A DNA stretch of 64,000 nt from Spirochaetaceae bacterium (GTDB lineage: Bacteria > Spirochaetota > Spirochaetia > DSM-2461): the NCBI GenBank assembly GCA_051531975.1, contig JAOPTT010000004.1:226243-290242 (forward strand), written 5' to 3'. The notes below the pieces were generated by a model. The model saw only the letters and a list, made by a program, of their open reading frames with translations. It searched no databases and was not told the origin of the DNA. Of this stretch, positions 20,617 to 31,062 are shown one piece after another; within the stretch, counting starts at the first letter, position 1, and every line of letters begins with the position of its first letter. Made by a program: the position numbers and the translations under genes.

Positions 20617-21108
20617 TTATTTTACTTTTGGTATTTTCGGAGTTGGTGATTTCGGTATAATTACCCATTTTGGCAGCTCCGATCTGTCTTTTAATTGAAC
20701 CCATGTCTGTGCTCGGCCAAATGGACCTATTTTACCTTTAACAATAAGTTGACCGTTTTTTATCCACATATCACATGAATATATTTTACCTGGAACTGGA
20801 TCAAGAATTTTTCCTTTACTCCATTTTTTCTTTTTCTCTATGAGACCCCAAATAAAATCTAGACCAACATATGTAGGTTCCCCTATTATACTATCTGCTG
20901 ATTTTTTGTTATCGGATAATTTTCCATCATCTTCGTATGTTACTAATAATCTACCGTATATTTTTCCTTTATACTCATAGATTAAAGTTATTGATTGTAG
21001 AAGGCCTGTCTCATCTGAGATAATTTTCCAGATTCCTGTTATCTTTTCTGCAGAAAAAAGTGTTATGGAAAAAGATAGTACTAATAGTATTAATATTATT
21101 TTCTTCAT
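20617..21108 (-). CDS. DUF2147-family exported protein
   Basis: Signal peptide; GIWK, GKILDP..GKIY and GRAQTW motifs; promoter TTGACT-N17-CATAAT 6 nt before the ATG. Confidence 0.82.
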   Translation of the reverse strand: MKKIILILLVLSFSITLFSAEKITGIWKIISDETGLLQSITLIYEYKGKIYGRLLVTYEDDGKLSDNKKSADSIIGEPTYVGLDFIWGLIEKKKKWSKGKILDPVPGKIYSCDMWIKNGQLIVKGKIGPFGRAQTWVQLKDRSELPKWVIIPKSPTPKIPKVK

Positions 21109-21148
21109 GTAAAAATTATGATTTTTGTTTAAACCTAAGTCAATTCTT

Positions 21149-23152
21149 TTAGTTTTTAATTTCTAACTTACCATCAATATGAAATGTATCGTAAACTTCA
21201 TCTAAAGCTTTTGCTAAGTATATAAATGTTGCATTACTTTTGACATCCATTCTTGGTAGCTTTCTCATGGTTTTACTTTTGTTTGTGGAGAATAAAAATA
21301 GATCTTTTCTATCTATCTCTTTTAGGCAAAATCCTTTCCAATGTTCTGTATCAACTATTGATATCGTTGGCTTTGGAGTAGGGTTACCTGTTTGTATAAA
21401 ATTTAAGAAGTAAGTTTTTTCCTTACTGTTCTTTTGATTAAAACTAAGGTTTTCCATTTTTCTTCTTGTTTTATTATTAGGTTCTTGGGTCCTCATTACA
21501 GCACTTACAACTTTTGATTCTCTAGTTACTGTTAGATCTTTTCCAAGGATCGGATTTAATATAAAGTCATTATTTGTTGTATGAAACTGATTGTCACACT
21601 CTAATAAATAGTCCTCTGAGTGTATTTGCCAACTTATTGTTTTGGCTTTATCAGAAAGGATTTCATCAAATATTACTAGATCTTCTGTCCCTCGGTAAAA
21701 GAAGTGACGTTTAAAATGTTTAACCCCAAGTTTTTTATTATATACTTTTGCTAGGTTAACTACATAGTAGACTATGTTATCTCTTTGCTCAAATATTTCA
21801 ATTGATGCGTGGATCTCTTTTTTAATATGATGAAAAATATCATCTTTACCTTCATCGATATATCCCATTCCATCAAAAAGAACCATATTGTGATCCGATG
21901 CCTTAACTTCTCTGTTATATCCATCGTCAATTATATAGTTATTGTAACCTTTCCATAAAATAAAAGAGCCATCATCAGGGTGCTGGTGCCTTAAACATCT
22001 TCTACTAAAGTCCTCTTTTTCCTGTAGTTTCCATGACTCTTCCCACTGTTTTTTCCCACCAGGGTGCCCCGCTTTTACAGAAAAGGCAAATGCATCTGGG
22101 TACCAACTGGACCGACAACTTAACAGTCCTAGATCGGGAAAAAACCGTGATTTAGGTAAACTAGTAGGGGATTTCTTTTTTATAGCCGGGTTATACCATA
22201 ACAGTTCCAAAAATGCTTCAGGTAGTATTCCAGGTTTTACTCTACTTTCGTATTCCTCACGGTGTAAAAAGTTTTTAATTACATTTTCTCCCATCCATTG
22301 AGAGACCTCTATGTTATATTCTGATGCTAATTTAAAATATGCTGCAGCTGAATGACCACTTCTTTTGTCATGACAGTCTCCAAAGTTATAGTTCTGTTCA
22401 AAAACCGGTGCACACTGATATAATCTATAATAAAATGTATTTTTTAAGAATTTAGATTTTCTAAAAAAATCAGTTCCATCTTCAGTCTTTATTAGATGTG
22501 CATACTGAATTAACCATATAATTCCATAACGCCAATATGCTACTCCCTCATAATCACTTCCATCGTCTGGTAGTAGTTTAAAAACCATATTAAAATTTTC
22601 TTTAATCTCTTTCAGCCATCTATCACATCTTTCAAAATAATCGTCTTTTAATGCATATGCAGCAGTAGCAATACATGTATAATTTATCCAGTTATGATTC
22701 TGCCAGTATTGCACTGGCCAGCTATCCTTAGAGTGTTGTACTTTATAATCCCAGAGTTTAATGCACTCCATTAAGAGTTTAGTCTTAAATTGTTCAATCT
22801 CTTCATCGTTTAAATGTTCTGCTATCCAACTGTAACTAAGGCCTAACCCATATATTAACCAACTGGCACTATGCCCAAGCCATTCTTTGTAGCTTAAGAT
22901 AGTAAATATCCACCTTTTGGCCTCATCAATCCATCTCTTCTCTCCATTAATAAGTGCCAACATCGAGAGGTTTGCTGCAGCCATTCCCATGTAAGCGATA
23001 TTTTTTTCAGGGTGTTTAGAGGGCAAGTTTTGAATTTCGTAAAGATTACATTGCTCAATTAATCTTTTATATAAGTTGCTATTTTTCTGAGTTTTTAATT
23101 TAAGTGAATTTAGATCTTCAATGAATAGGTAGCTATTTTTTCCCACTTTCAT
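21149..23152 (-). CDS. Heparinase II/III-family (DUF4962-type) oligosaccharide lyase
   Basis: QNHNW, DGSDYEGVAYWRYG, HQHPD and DHNMVLFDG motifs. Start moved to ATG 23152, which follows TTTACT-N17-TATACT-N6. Confidence 0.78.
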   Translation of the reverse strand: MKVGKNSYLFIEDLNSLKLKTQKNSNLYKRLIEQCNLYEIQNLPSKHPEKNIAYMGMAAANLSMLALINGEKRWIDEAKRWIFTILSYKEWLGHSASWLIYGLGLSYSWIAEHLNDEEIEQFKTKLLMECIKLWDYKVQHSKDSWPVQYWQNHNWINYTCIATAAYALKDDYFERCDRWLKEIKENFNMVFKLLPDDGSDYEGVAYWRYGIIWLIQYAHLIKTEDGTDFFRKSKFLKNTFYYRLYQCAPVFEQNYNFGDCHDKRSGHSAAAYFKLASEYNIEVSQWMGENVIKNFLHREEYESRVKPGILPEAFLELLWYNPAIKKKSPTSLPKSRFFPDLGLLSCRSSWYPDAFAFSVKAGHPGGKKQWEESWKLQEKEDFSRRCLRHQHPDDGSFILWKGYNNYIIDDGYNREVKASDHNMVLFDGMGYIDEGKDDIFHHIKKEIHASIEIFEQRDNIVYYVVNLAKVYNKKLGVKHFKRHFFYRGTEDLVIFDEILSDKAKTISWQIHSEDYLLECDNQFHTTNNDFILNPILGKDLTVTRESKVVSAVMRTQEPNNKTRRKMENLSFNQKNSKEKTYFLNFIQTGNPTPKPTISIVDTEHWKGFCLKEIDRKDLFLFSTNKSKTMRKLPRMDVKSNATFIYLAKALDEVYDTFHIDGKLEIKN

Positions 23153-23184
23153 ACTGGCAGTATATCCTAGTTTTTGAATATAGT

Positions 23185-23224
23185 AAAAGATCCGGAAGTT
23201 TAAATTAGAGAATAAACTTCCGGA
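23185..23224 (-). terminator. Intrinsic terminator
   Basis: TCCGGAAGTTTA / TAAACTTCCGGA perfect 12-bp inverted repeat, followed by TCTTTT on the - strand. Confidence 0.7.
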
Positions 23225-23386
23225 AAACATTGTGTGGAGTCTCATATTTTTTAGGAAAACAAATGAGAAAAATATTTAATCAGATTAGTAACACTAACCC
23301 TAATAAATAACATAGTGTATCTTAGAAAGTAACCCTAGAAACTCTAGGGCACTATAAGATATGTTTTGTTAATATTGTTATAATAA

Positions 23387-24418
23387 CTACCGTTGAACTC
23401 TACCAGAACCGTCTCCACCAAGTAAGTTAAGCACTTCTGCTTCTGTTACTAGGGCTACATCTCCAGGTATTGAATGTTTAAGGCACGAAGTTGCAACAGC
23501 AAAATTAAGCGCCTTTTCATCATCAGTTGTAAAAGTAGTTAAACCATAAATCAGACCTGCAGCAAAAGAGTCGCCTCCTCCTACACGGTCAATAATATTT
23601 TTAATCTCATACTTAGTAGAGACAAAAAAGTCAGTTCTGTTATTGATAATAGCAGACCATGAGTTGTGGTCAGCTGAGTGACTCTCTCTCATAGTAATTG
23701 CAATTTTTTTCATGTTAGGGAATTGGCTTAATACTAAGTCAGAAATAGCTTTGTATCGCTCAACACCTAATTCAGCTTTAGTTACGTCTGCTTCAGACTC
23801 TATGCCTAAACACATTTGGCAGTCTTCTTCGTTTGCAATAGCGACGTCTACATATTTTGTTAATTCATTCATGATTTCAGGAGCAGTTTTTCCATATTTC
23901 CATAATTTCTTTCTAAAGTTTAGGTCACAAGAAACTGTAATTCCTCTTTTTTTAGCTTCTTGCACTGCAGCTAAGGATAGCTCTGCACCGTTAGCAGATA
24001 TTGCTGGTGTGATTCCCGTAATATGGAAAAATGTTGCATCTTTAAATACTACATCCCAATCAAAATCAGATACTTTAGCATTACATATTGCAGAATCTGC
24101 TCTATCGTATACAACTGCAGATGGTCTCTGGTTTGCACCTGTTTCTAAGTAGTAAGTTCCAACTCTATCCCCTTGTCTAATAATCCTAGAAGTATCTACA
24201 CCTCTAGATCGTAAAGCTGCAATTGCACCTTCACCAATTGGGTTCCTAGGTAATGCTGTTACAAAAGCTGTATCTTTACCAAGTAAAGATAGGGCAGAGG
24301 CTACATTAGACTCTCCACCACCAAAAGTTGCTTCTAATATAGGACTTTGAAAAAATCTTTCGTTTGCAGGTGATTTAAATCTAAGCATGATCTCACCCAT
24401 TGTTACTATTGTACCCAT
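23387..24418 (-). CDS. kdgK: 2-dehydro-3-deoxygluconokinase (PfkB family)
   Basis: [24 protein letters not shown] and [12 protein letters not shown]; coupled to eda. Confidence 0.9.
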   Translation of the reverse strand: MGTIVTMGEIMLRFKSPANERFFQSPILEATFGGGESNVASALSLLGKDTAFVTALPRNPIGEGAIAALRSRGVDTSRIIRQGDRVGTYYLETGANQRPSAVVYDRADSAICNAKVSDFDWDVVFKDATFFHITGITPAISANGAELSLAAVQEAKKRGITVSCDLNFRKKLWKYGKTAPEIMNELTKYVDVAIANEEDCQMCLGIESEADVTKAELGVERYKAISDLVLSQFPNMKKIAITMRESHSADHNSWSAIINNRTDFFVSTKYEIKNIIDRVGGGDSFAAGLIYGLTTFTTDDEKALNFAVATSCLKHSIPGDVALVTEAEVLNLLGGDGSGRVQR

Positions 24419-25074
24419 TATCTATTTCTCCATTCTGTTACTAGATCTACTGCATCTTTACAAAGTTGCTCAATTTTATCAAATTGTCCGTTGTTAATTA
24501 GGTCAGATTTAACCATCCATGAACCACCACAAGCACAAATATATGGTGACTCTAGGTATGAAAGAACATTTTTAAGATTAACACCACCAGTAGCCATAAA
24601 TTTAACTTTATCACCATAAGGAGCAGTCATTGATTTAACCATATTAATCCCTCCTGAAGCTTCAGCTGGAAAGAATTTTAGAACGCTAAGTCCTTTTTCT
24701 AAAGCTGCCTCAATTCCTGATGGGTTATTCACACCAGGGTAGATAGGAATGTTATTGTCGATACAATAATCAACAACTGTTGGGTTAAAACCTGGGCTTA
24801 CAACAAATTTTGATCCAGCATCTACAGCTTGTTTCGCTTGATCAATAGTTAAAACTGTACCGGCACCGGTTAATATCCCAGGGTACTTTTTACTAATTAC
24901 AGAAATTGCTTCTCTTGCCGCAGCTGTTCTAAATGTTATTTCCGCAGCAGGAAGACCTGCATTAACCAATGCTTCCGCTAATGGTTCTGCATCTTTAACG
25001 TTGTCTATTGCTATTACTGGTATAATTGCAATTCTTTCAATCTCTTTGGCTATGTCGTAATAATTTTTGTCCAA
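24418..25074 (-). CDS. eda: KDPG/KHG aldolase
   Basis: EITFRT, GAGTV, FVVSPG, LKFFPA and ATGGV motifs. Confidence 0.93.
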   Translation of the reverse strand: MDKNYYDIAKEIERIAIIPVIAIDNVKDAEPLAEALVNAGLPAAEITFRTAAAREAISVISKKYPGILTGAGTVLTIDQAKQAVDAGSKFVVSPGFNPTVVDYCIDNNIPIYPGVNNPSGIEAALEKGLSVLKFFPAEASGGINMVKSMTAPYGDKVKFMATGGVNLKNVLSYLESPYICACGGSWMVKSDLINNGQFDKIEQLCKDAVDLVTEWRNR

Positions 25075-25086
25075 ATGAATACTTCC

Positions 25087-25866
25087 TTACTCTGTTATTT
25101 TATGATATCCCAATAACTGGGATATTTGTTCTGCGCACTTTTTTAAAAGTGGCATATACTTTTCTGTTTTCTGTTTGTAGTCCCCAAAGAATGGAATACT
25201 AACTGCTGCAATAACAACTCCCCTAGAGTCATAAATTGGTGCCGCTATAGCATATATTCCTTCAGATTCTTCCTGATAATCAAAAGCTACAGCATCATCT
25301 TCTATAACCCTCAAAATCTTTTTTAATTCTGTTATATTTGTAACCGTATAATCCGTATATTTCTTAATTTTTATATTTGACAACGTCTCTAGCTGGTAAC
25401 TTTGCCCCTCTGGTGTCATAGCTAATAATAGTTTTGCTGCAGCTCCAATATATGGAGGGAAAACTGTAGCTGAGTCTAAAGTTATTCTCATAGCCTTTTT
25501 ACTCTCTGCGCTATTTAGTAGATATACAACATCTCCACGCATAATACTTATTTTTACCATCTCATCTAATGAATCTGATAGCTTTTCTATTAATGGTGTA
25601 GCAACAGTATTAAGGTCTAATCTTTTATTAACAATATTTCCTAAAGTTAAAAGTTTTGCACCTAATGAATAAAATCCAGTTTTTTCATCCTGCTCTATAT
25701 AACCCATACTTACTAAGGTATTTAATAGTCTAAATACTGTAGCTTTTGATAGGTCTAACTTTGTACATATAGCAGTTTGACTCAAACTGTTATGTTCTGA
25801 AGCTAAGAGATTAAATATTAAATTCATTTTGTTAATAGCAGGTACATCACTGTTTTTTTCAACCAT
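25087..25866 (-). CDS. IclR-family transcriptional regulator (KdgR-like context)
   Basis: LSKATVFRLLNTL HTH; EESEGIYAIAAPIYD..G.VIAAVSI effector domain. Confidence 0.9.
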   Translation of the reverse strand: MVEKNSDVPAINKMNLIFNLLASEHNSLSQTAICTKLDLSKATVFRLLNTLVSMGYIEQDEKTGFYSLGAKLLTLGNIVNKRLDLNTVATPLIEKLSDSLDEMVKISIMRGDVVYLLNSAESKKAMRITLDSATVFPPYIGAAAKLLLAMTPEGQSYQLETLSNIKIKKYTDYTVTNITELKKILRVIEDDAVAFDYQEESEGIYAIAAPIYDSRGVVIAAVSIPFFGDYKQKTEKYMPLLKKCAEQISQLLGYHKITE

Positions 25867-25904
25867 GATCTATTAATAACCTGAGTTTTTTAATCTGTCA
25901 ATGA

Positions 25905-25939
25905 GTTTCATATAAAAAACTGTATTTCATATAAGAAAT
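25905..25939. promoter_or_regulatory. Tandem imperfect palindromes, candidate IclR operators
   Basis: GTTTCATATAAAAAAC (25905-25920) and ATTTCATATAAGAAAT (25924-25939), next to the TTGACA -35 of iclR. Confidence 0.5.
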
Positions 25940-25959
25940 ATGTTATGATAGTTAATAAG

Positions 25960-26003
25960 ATGTAAATTTCTGATGATTATGTAAAATACTGATTATATAC
26001 AAG
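25960..26003 (+). promoter_or_regulatory. 44-bp uronate-locus regulon motif (copy 1)
   Basis: ATGTAAATTTCTGATGATTATGTAAAATACTGATTATATACAAG. Confidence 0.7.
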
Positions 26004-26042
26004 ATTCATTTGCAGAGCATATTATAGTTACAGGAGTTTTTA

Positions 26043-27917
26043 GTGGAACTATTTTCAAATTTAAGCTTATTAAAAAAATACTCAAATGACTCAACAAAAT
26101 TCAAAGGACAATTTATTACCTTACAAAAAGAAGTTTTAGATTTTTATGATAATTTTGACGATGATCCAATAATTTTAAGTGGTTGGGGACATAATTATTT
26201 TTGTGAGCAGGATGGGGGTAAATTAATTTTTAATTTAAAAACTCCAAAATCTCATATATGTGAAGTTTGTGGTAACGAGTATAGTTCAAAAAAATATAAC
26301 AGTACCTGGGTTTATATGTATAGATATAGAGCATTTGAAATAGCATATAAGGCAGCTATTATATATAAGATAAAAAACGATTCTAAGATGTTAGAAATAA
26401 TTGTAGGGTTATTAATATTTTATGCTACCAATTATTCAAACTTTAAAGTTCATGCCAAAGATAAAATAAATGTTATAGAAAATGGTGTTACTGGGTTTGG
26501 TAAAATTATGCCCCAGGGTCTAAATGAGGCCATTATGTTAACTTCTATAATAAATACTTTGTTGATAGTTTCTTCTGATATTTCTTCTGATGATAAAAAA
26601 ATTATAGATTCATTTGTTAATAATATCACTCTCTTTTTATTTGATCAGAGGAAAGCGTACCACAATATAATATGTTGGATTGATTGTGCTATAACATGCT
26701 CAGGAATATATTTAGATAATATAGAATACATAGACTCAGGTCTGAATTCTAAATATGGTCTAATTAATCAGTTAAACCATGGCTTAACAAAGGATTATTT
26801 CTGGTATGAGGGTTCTCTTCATTATCATTTTTTTACAGTTGAGGCACTGCTAAACCTATTATTGGTATCAGAAATTAGCAATTATAAGATTGAGTCTATA
26901 AAAGAATTTACAAAACAGATGTTAATTTCTGCTTCAGAGGTAGCGTTTGATAACTTAGTTCTGCCAAATCCAAATGATGGTTGGCCAAATATTAGTTTAA
27001 AAACTTATTCCCATCTCTTTGAGATTGCAAATAAAGTTTTTGATGATATACAGATCTGGACAATAGTTAATAAGATTAGAACTTCAAATTTACAAAGACA
27101 AAAATTGCCACTATGTGAACCTATATTTCTTGATGGCCTTGGGCTTAATAGACTGCTTTTTTCTAAAGACTTTAACACTAAAGAGATGAATCATTTTACT
27201 GGGAAATCTAAAAATTTTAAAAGTAGTGGGTTTGCTGTTATCAAAAATGAATATTTTAACATGTTTTTTAAACATGGGCATAAGTCTCAGAGCCATGCCC
27301 ACCCAGATCTTGGTAATTTTGAGTTAACAATAAAAGACAAAATAATAACCAGGGATCTATCTAATCCTGGTTACGGAGCAGTCTTATATGATGAATGGTA
27401 TAAAAAAACATTAGCCCATAATACTGTAATTATTGGGGGGAAGGATCAGGAATATTCTGAATCCAGCAATGTTTTGAAATATACTGACAGTGGAATTCAC
27501 GCTAAGTTCCTTGGTTGTTATAAAGATGTAGAACTTAATAGAAGAATAATATTAGACGGTAATACTGTTTATGACCACTTTATAGTTAATAAAAATAGTG
27601 ATGATATCTCAGATTACATTGTTCATTTAGAAGCAGAACAAATATCAAACCTTAATACAACCGATGGAGATATTTTATTTAACTCAAATGGATATGAGCA
27701 TTTAAAAGATGTAAAAAGAGTAATAAGTAAAAAGTCTCAAATCGATATTAAATGGTCTAAAGATTATATTAAATTTACAACCCGGTTTTTTATAAAAGAT
27801 AAAGAGATGTTCATTTGTAAGAGTTACGATAATCCATCTAACAAATTTAGAAATACCATTATTTTAAGAAGTAATGGAAAAAATATACAATATGAAATGC
27901 TAATTATAGCAGAATAA
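26043..27917 (+). CDS. Heparinase II/III-family polysaccharide lyase
   Basis: YHNIICW, WYEGSLHYHFF, PNPNDGWP, SHAHPD and LAHNTV motifs; RBS AGGAG before GTG. Confidence 0.8.
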   Translation: MELFSNLSLLKKYSNDSTKFKGQFITLQKEVLDFYDNFDDDPIILSGWGHNYFCEQDGGKLIFNLKTPKSHICEVCGNEYSSKKYNSTWVYMYRYRAFEIAYKAAIIYKIKNDSKMLEIIVGLLIFYATNYSNFKVHAKDKINVIENGVTGFGKIMPQGLNEAIMLTSIINTLLIVSSDISSDDKKIIDSFVNNITLFLFDQRKAYHNIICWIDCAITCSGIYLDNIEYIDSGLNSKYGLINQLNHGLTKDYFWYEGSLHYHFFTVEALLNLLLVSEISNYKIESIKEFTKQMLISASEVAFDNLVLPNPNDGWPNISLKTYSHLFEIANKVFDDIQIWTIVNKIRTSNLQRQKLPLCEPIFLDGLGLNRLLFSKDFNTKEMNHFTGKSKNFKSSGFAVIKNEYFNMFFKHGHKSQSHAHPDLGNFELTIKDKIITRDLSNPGYGAVLYDEWYKKTLAHNTVIIGGKDQEYSESSNVLKYTDSGIHAKFLGCYKDVELNRRIILDGNTVYDHFIVNKNSDDISDYIVHLEAEQISNLNTTDGDILFNSNGYEHLKDVKRVISKKSQIDIKWSKDYIKFTTRFFIKDKEMFICKSYDNPSNKFRNTIILRSNGKNIQYEMLIIAE

Positions 27918-27927
27918 GGGAGAAAAT

Positions 27928-28248
27928 ATGTTTGTATTTAATGAGAAAGTAGAGTTACAGGACTTAGGTGGAGGAATTAAGAGAAAGGTCTTAGCATACT
28001 GCGATAAGATTATGGGCGTTGAAGTTTATTTCGAAAAAGGTGCAATTGGTGCAAAACATTCACACCCTCATGTACAGTTAACCTATGTTTTAGAAGGCGA
28101 GTTTGAGTTTACAATTGGTGATGAAACAAGAATTGTAAAAAAAGGCGATACGTTACAAAAAGATCCTAATATTATTCATGGATGTGTCTGTTTAGAAGAG
28201 GGTGTTTTATTTGATGTTTTTACACCACATAGAGAAGATTTTATATAA
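27928..28248 (+). CDS. kdgF: KdgF-like cupin
   Basis: GIKRKVLAY, HSHPHVQLTYV and DVFTPHREDF motifs. Confidence 0.82.
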   Translation: MFVFNEKVELQDLGGGIKRKVLAYCDKIMGVEVYFEKGAIGAKHSHPHVQLTYVLEGEFEFTIGDETRIVKKGDTLQKDPNIIHGCVCLEEGVLFDVFTPHREDFI

Positions 28249-28269
28249 TTAATACAAAGAGGTAATAAT

Positions 28270-30024
28270 ATGAAAAAAATGAGTGACTATATCAAAGATG
28301 ATATTGTAGGACAACTAAAGTATTATTTTGATCTAGTAACTAAAGATAAATTAAATTTAGAGGTTGATGGTATAAAAGCTTTCAATCCTAAAAGTCAGTT
28401 TGTTGAAGGTAAAGTAATAAATGCATTTAGTTATATCTATGAAACCTTGGATTCTACAGATGAAATTCCAGGTATAGAGCAGAACTTGATGGATATTATA
28501 GACCTAATGTCTTTAAGAGAATATGAGACATGGGGAATGTTAAACTGTATTACCTCTATAAATAGACTTCATTCTAAGAAGATGTTAAATAAGGTTATAA
28601 GCCCTGAGGCATTAGAGCGATTTAAAGAAAAACTTGATTGGCGAACATTTGTTAATATTGGTGATTTAACTCTAATTAACTTACCAACAAACTACTATGG
28701 TGTAGCTTTTGGTGTTGCTAAATATAGAGAATTATTAGGTTTTGAGCCGGTTGGTTACAGTGATAAATTATTAGAGAAGTTATTAAAACATGTAGATAGT
28801 TATTCTGGTGAGTTTAGTTACATGGACGAAACTTTGGGGCAGGGTCGTTTTGATAGATACAGTACTCTAATTCCTGCAGAAATTTGTTCAATGTTACATA
28901 ATACAGGCCAAGAAATACCAGATAAGTTAACTTCTATGTTAAGAAAATCATGTGAGTTATATCTTAATTTAGCAAACATTCATGGACATGGTTTCTCTTA
29001 TGGTAGAAGTATTGGTGCTTATGGTGATACAGCTTCCTTAGAGGTTTTATCTATAGGTGCCAAGCTTGGAATTTTAAAAAGTGAAGAAATAGATCTTGCG
29101 TACTCCTATAGCACAGCTATTATTGATAAATTTGTAAACTTCTGGATCGATCCAAAAACTAAATCGTTAAATATGTGGGATAACGGTAGAGCAACTGATA
29201 CATATAGAAATAAAAATAGAATCTTAGGTGAAAATTTAAGTTTATCAATGCAGATAATCAGTAGCTATGAATACTGGAATGAATCTGGTTATGAAAATAT
29301 TGAACCTCTTGAAGATTTAGAAGAGAAACTAAAAGAGTTACCAAGGATTTCTAGATATAAGTTTGCAGAAGGTGATTATTCAAGAAGTTTGTACATTGTT
29401 AGAGATGAAAATCATGTTTTTAGTTTACCAATAATTAATGGTGCTAAAAAATATTATAAAGAGACTCCATACCTACCAATTCCAAATGAATTTAACGTTT
29501 TTACATCTGCAGCTAATAGTTCACATCCTAATTTAATACCAAAACTTATCTTCGAAGATGGTACTGAAGTTATGCCCTTAGTTTATATCAATGATATTAA
29601 GGATAACTTGGATGCCAAAAACAGTGATGAGTTTGTTGTTGAAATTAATGTAGATAAACTTACTACATTAAAAGAAGAATCCCCTGTTCCATTTGATGGT
29701 TTTTCAGCCACAATTAAATATACTTTTAAGAAAAACAATATTAAATCTGAGGTCGTATTTAATAACAGTAAATCAGTTCCTTGTACTGTAGAAATGGAGT
29801 TTGCTTCCTTTGGTACAAACCCATTAATTACAGATCAGAATGTATTATACAAAGATTCTGATATTACAAATGTTAAAACTATGGGCTTTGATAAGTGTTA
29901 TATTAAAAATATTAGTGCTGATGATAACTATTCAACTCCAATTGGTGGATTAAAAAGTGTCATTACTTGGACCTCTTCAGATTTTAAACAACTAAAGTTT
30001 AGTTGGGATATCGATTATAAATAA
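28270..30024 (+). CDS. Uncharacterised protein (helical N-terminal part, beta-rich C-terminus), probable carbohydrate-active enzyme
   Basis: Long ORF in an operon with the lyase and kdgF; motifs LPTNYYGVAF, DETLGQGRFDRYS and YGRSIGAYGD. Confidence 0.55.
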   Translation: MKKMSDYIKDDIVGQLKYYFDLVTKDKLNLEVDGIKAFNPKSQFVEGKVINAFSYIYETLDSTDEIPGIEQNLMDIIDLMSLREYETWGMLNCITSINRLHSKKMLNKVISPEALERFKEKLDWRTFVNIGDLTLINLPTNYYGVAFGVAKYRELLGFEPVGYSDKLLEKLLKHVDSYSGEFSYMDETLGQGRFDRYSTLIPAEICSMLHNTGQEIPDKLTSMLRKSCELYLNLANIHGHGFSYGRSIGAYGDTASLEVLSIGAKLGILKSEEIDLAYSYSTAIIDKFVNFWIDPKTKSLNMWDNGRATDTYRNKNRILGENLSLSMQIISSYEYWNESGYENIEPLEDLEEKLKELPRISRYKFAEGDYSRSLYIVRDENHVFSLPIINGAKKYYKETPYLPIPNEFNVFTSAANSSHPNLIPKLIFEDGTEVMPLVYINDIKDNLDAKNSDEFVVEINVDKLTTLKEESPVPFDGFSATIKYTFKKNNIKSEVVFNNSKSVPCTVEMEFASFGTNPLITDQNVLYKDSDITNVKTMGFDKCYIKNISADDNYSTPIGGLKSVITWTSSDFKQLKFSWDIDYK

Positions 30025-30027
30025 TGA

Positions 30028-30052
30028 ATCCACCCGGAAGGGTGGATCTTTA
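30028..30052. terminator. Hairpin terminator between convergent genes
   Basis: ATCCACCC-GGAA-GGGTGGAT. Confidence 0.75.
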
Positions 30053-30082
30053 GAGTATTGAGGGTTTCTCTCCGGCAATTTA

Positions 30083-30844
30083 CTATCTAGCTAACCATCC
30101 GCCATCAACAGCAATTGTATAACCATTTATATAACTTGAAGCTTCTGAAGCTAAAAATACAATAGGTCCTCCTAAATCTGAAGGAAGTCCCCATCTGTCT
30201 GCAGGAATCCTCTCACGAATAGCTGATTCTCTGGCAGGATCTGCTCTTAAATCCTTAGTATTCTCTGTTGCCATATAACCAGGAGCAATTGCATTTACAT
30301 TTATGTTATCTTTTGCCCATTCGTTAGCCATTAACCTTGTAACACCCATTACTCCACTTTTAGACGCAGTATATGATGGTACTCTGATTCCACCCTGGAA
30401 TGATAACATAGAAGCTATGTTAATTATTTTTCCACCAGTTTTTTGTTTCATAAATTGTCTTGCAACTTTCTGAGCAAAAAAGAAAACTGTTTTTACATTA
30501 AGATTCATAACATCATCCCAGTCTTTTTCACTAAAGTTAATAGCATCTTCCCGTCTAATTGTGCCCGCATTATTTACAAGAATATCCACATGACCAAATC
30601 TGGCTACTGCATCTTCTACAATCTGTTCTAATCCAGTAATTTCCATTAGGTTTGCCCTGATATGCATAAACTCTCGGCCTAGTTCTTTAACTAATTTTTC
30701 TGTCTCGTCACCATCGCTATAATCAACGCCTACAATATTAGCTCCTGCATTTGCAAGTGCTAAAGCCATACCTTGACCTAAACCTCTTGAACACCCTGTT
30801 ACTATTGCAACTTTACCTTCTAAACCAAAACCACTTAAATCCAT
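30083..30844 (-). CDS. kduD: 2-dehydro-3-deoxy-D-gluconate 5-dehydrogenase
   Basis: SDR with ASMLSFQGGIRVPSYTASKS and VDGGWLAR, typical of KduD. Confidence 0.95.
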   Translation of the reverse strand: MDLSGFGLEGKVAIVTGCSRGLGQGMALALANAGANIVGVDYSDGDETEKLVKELGREFMHIRANLMEITGLEQIVEDAVARFGHVDILVNNAGTIRREDAINFSEKDWDDVMNLNVKTVFFFAQKVARQFMKQKTGGKIINIASMLSFQGGIRVPSYTASKSGVMGVTRLMANEWAKDNINVNAIAPGYMATENTKDLRADPARESAIRERIPADRWGLPSDLGGPIVFLASEASSYINGYTIAVDGGWLAR

Positions 30845-30895
30845 AAAAATCTCCTAAAACTAATTTATGAATTAATAATAATCCTAGTAATGTTA

Positions 30896-30939
30896 ACAGT
30901 ATATAATCTAATTTTTACCTCTGTCCCAAAAATTGTCAT
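30896..30939 (-). promoter_or_regulatory. 44-bp uronate-locus regulon motif (copy 2)
   Basis: ATGACAATTTTTGGGACAGAGGTAAAAATTAGATTATATACTGT on the - strand. Confidence 0.72.
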
Positions 30940-30994
30940 AGGTGGTTATTTATCAAAAAATGGTGATTAATTTAATTCTTGTGATAATTATTAT

Positions 30995-31042
30995 AAATAA
31001 AAAAGCCTACACATTAGAAGGAGAAGTAACTAATGTGTAGGC
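30995..31042 (-). terminator. Intrinsic terminator of kduI
   Basis: GCCTACACATTAG / CTAATGTGTAGGC 13-bp stem plus T6 on the - strand. Confidence 0.85.
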
Positions 31043-31062
31043 GACTGTATTTTATTTTATTG

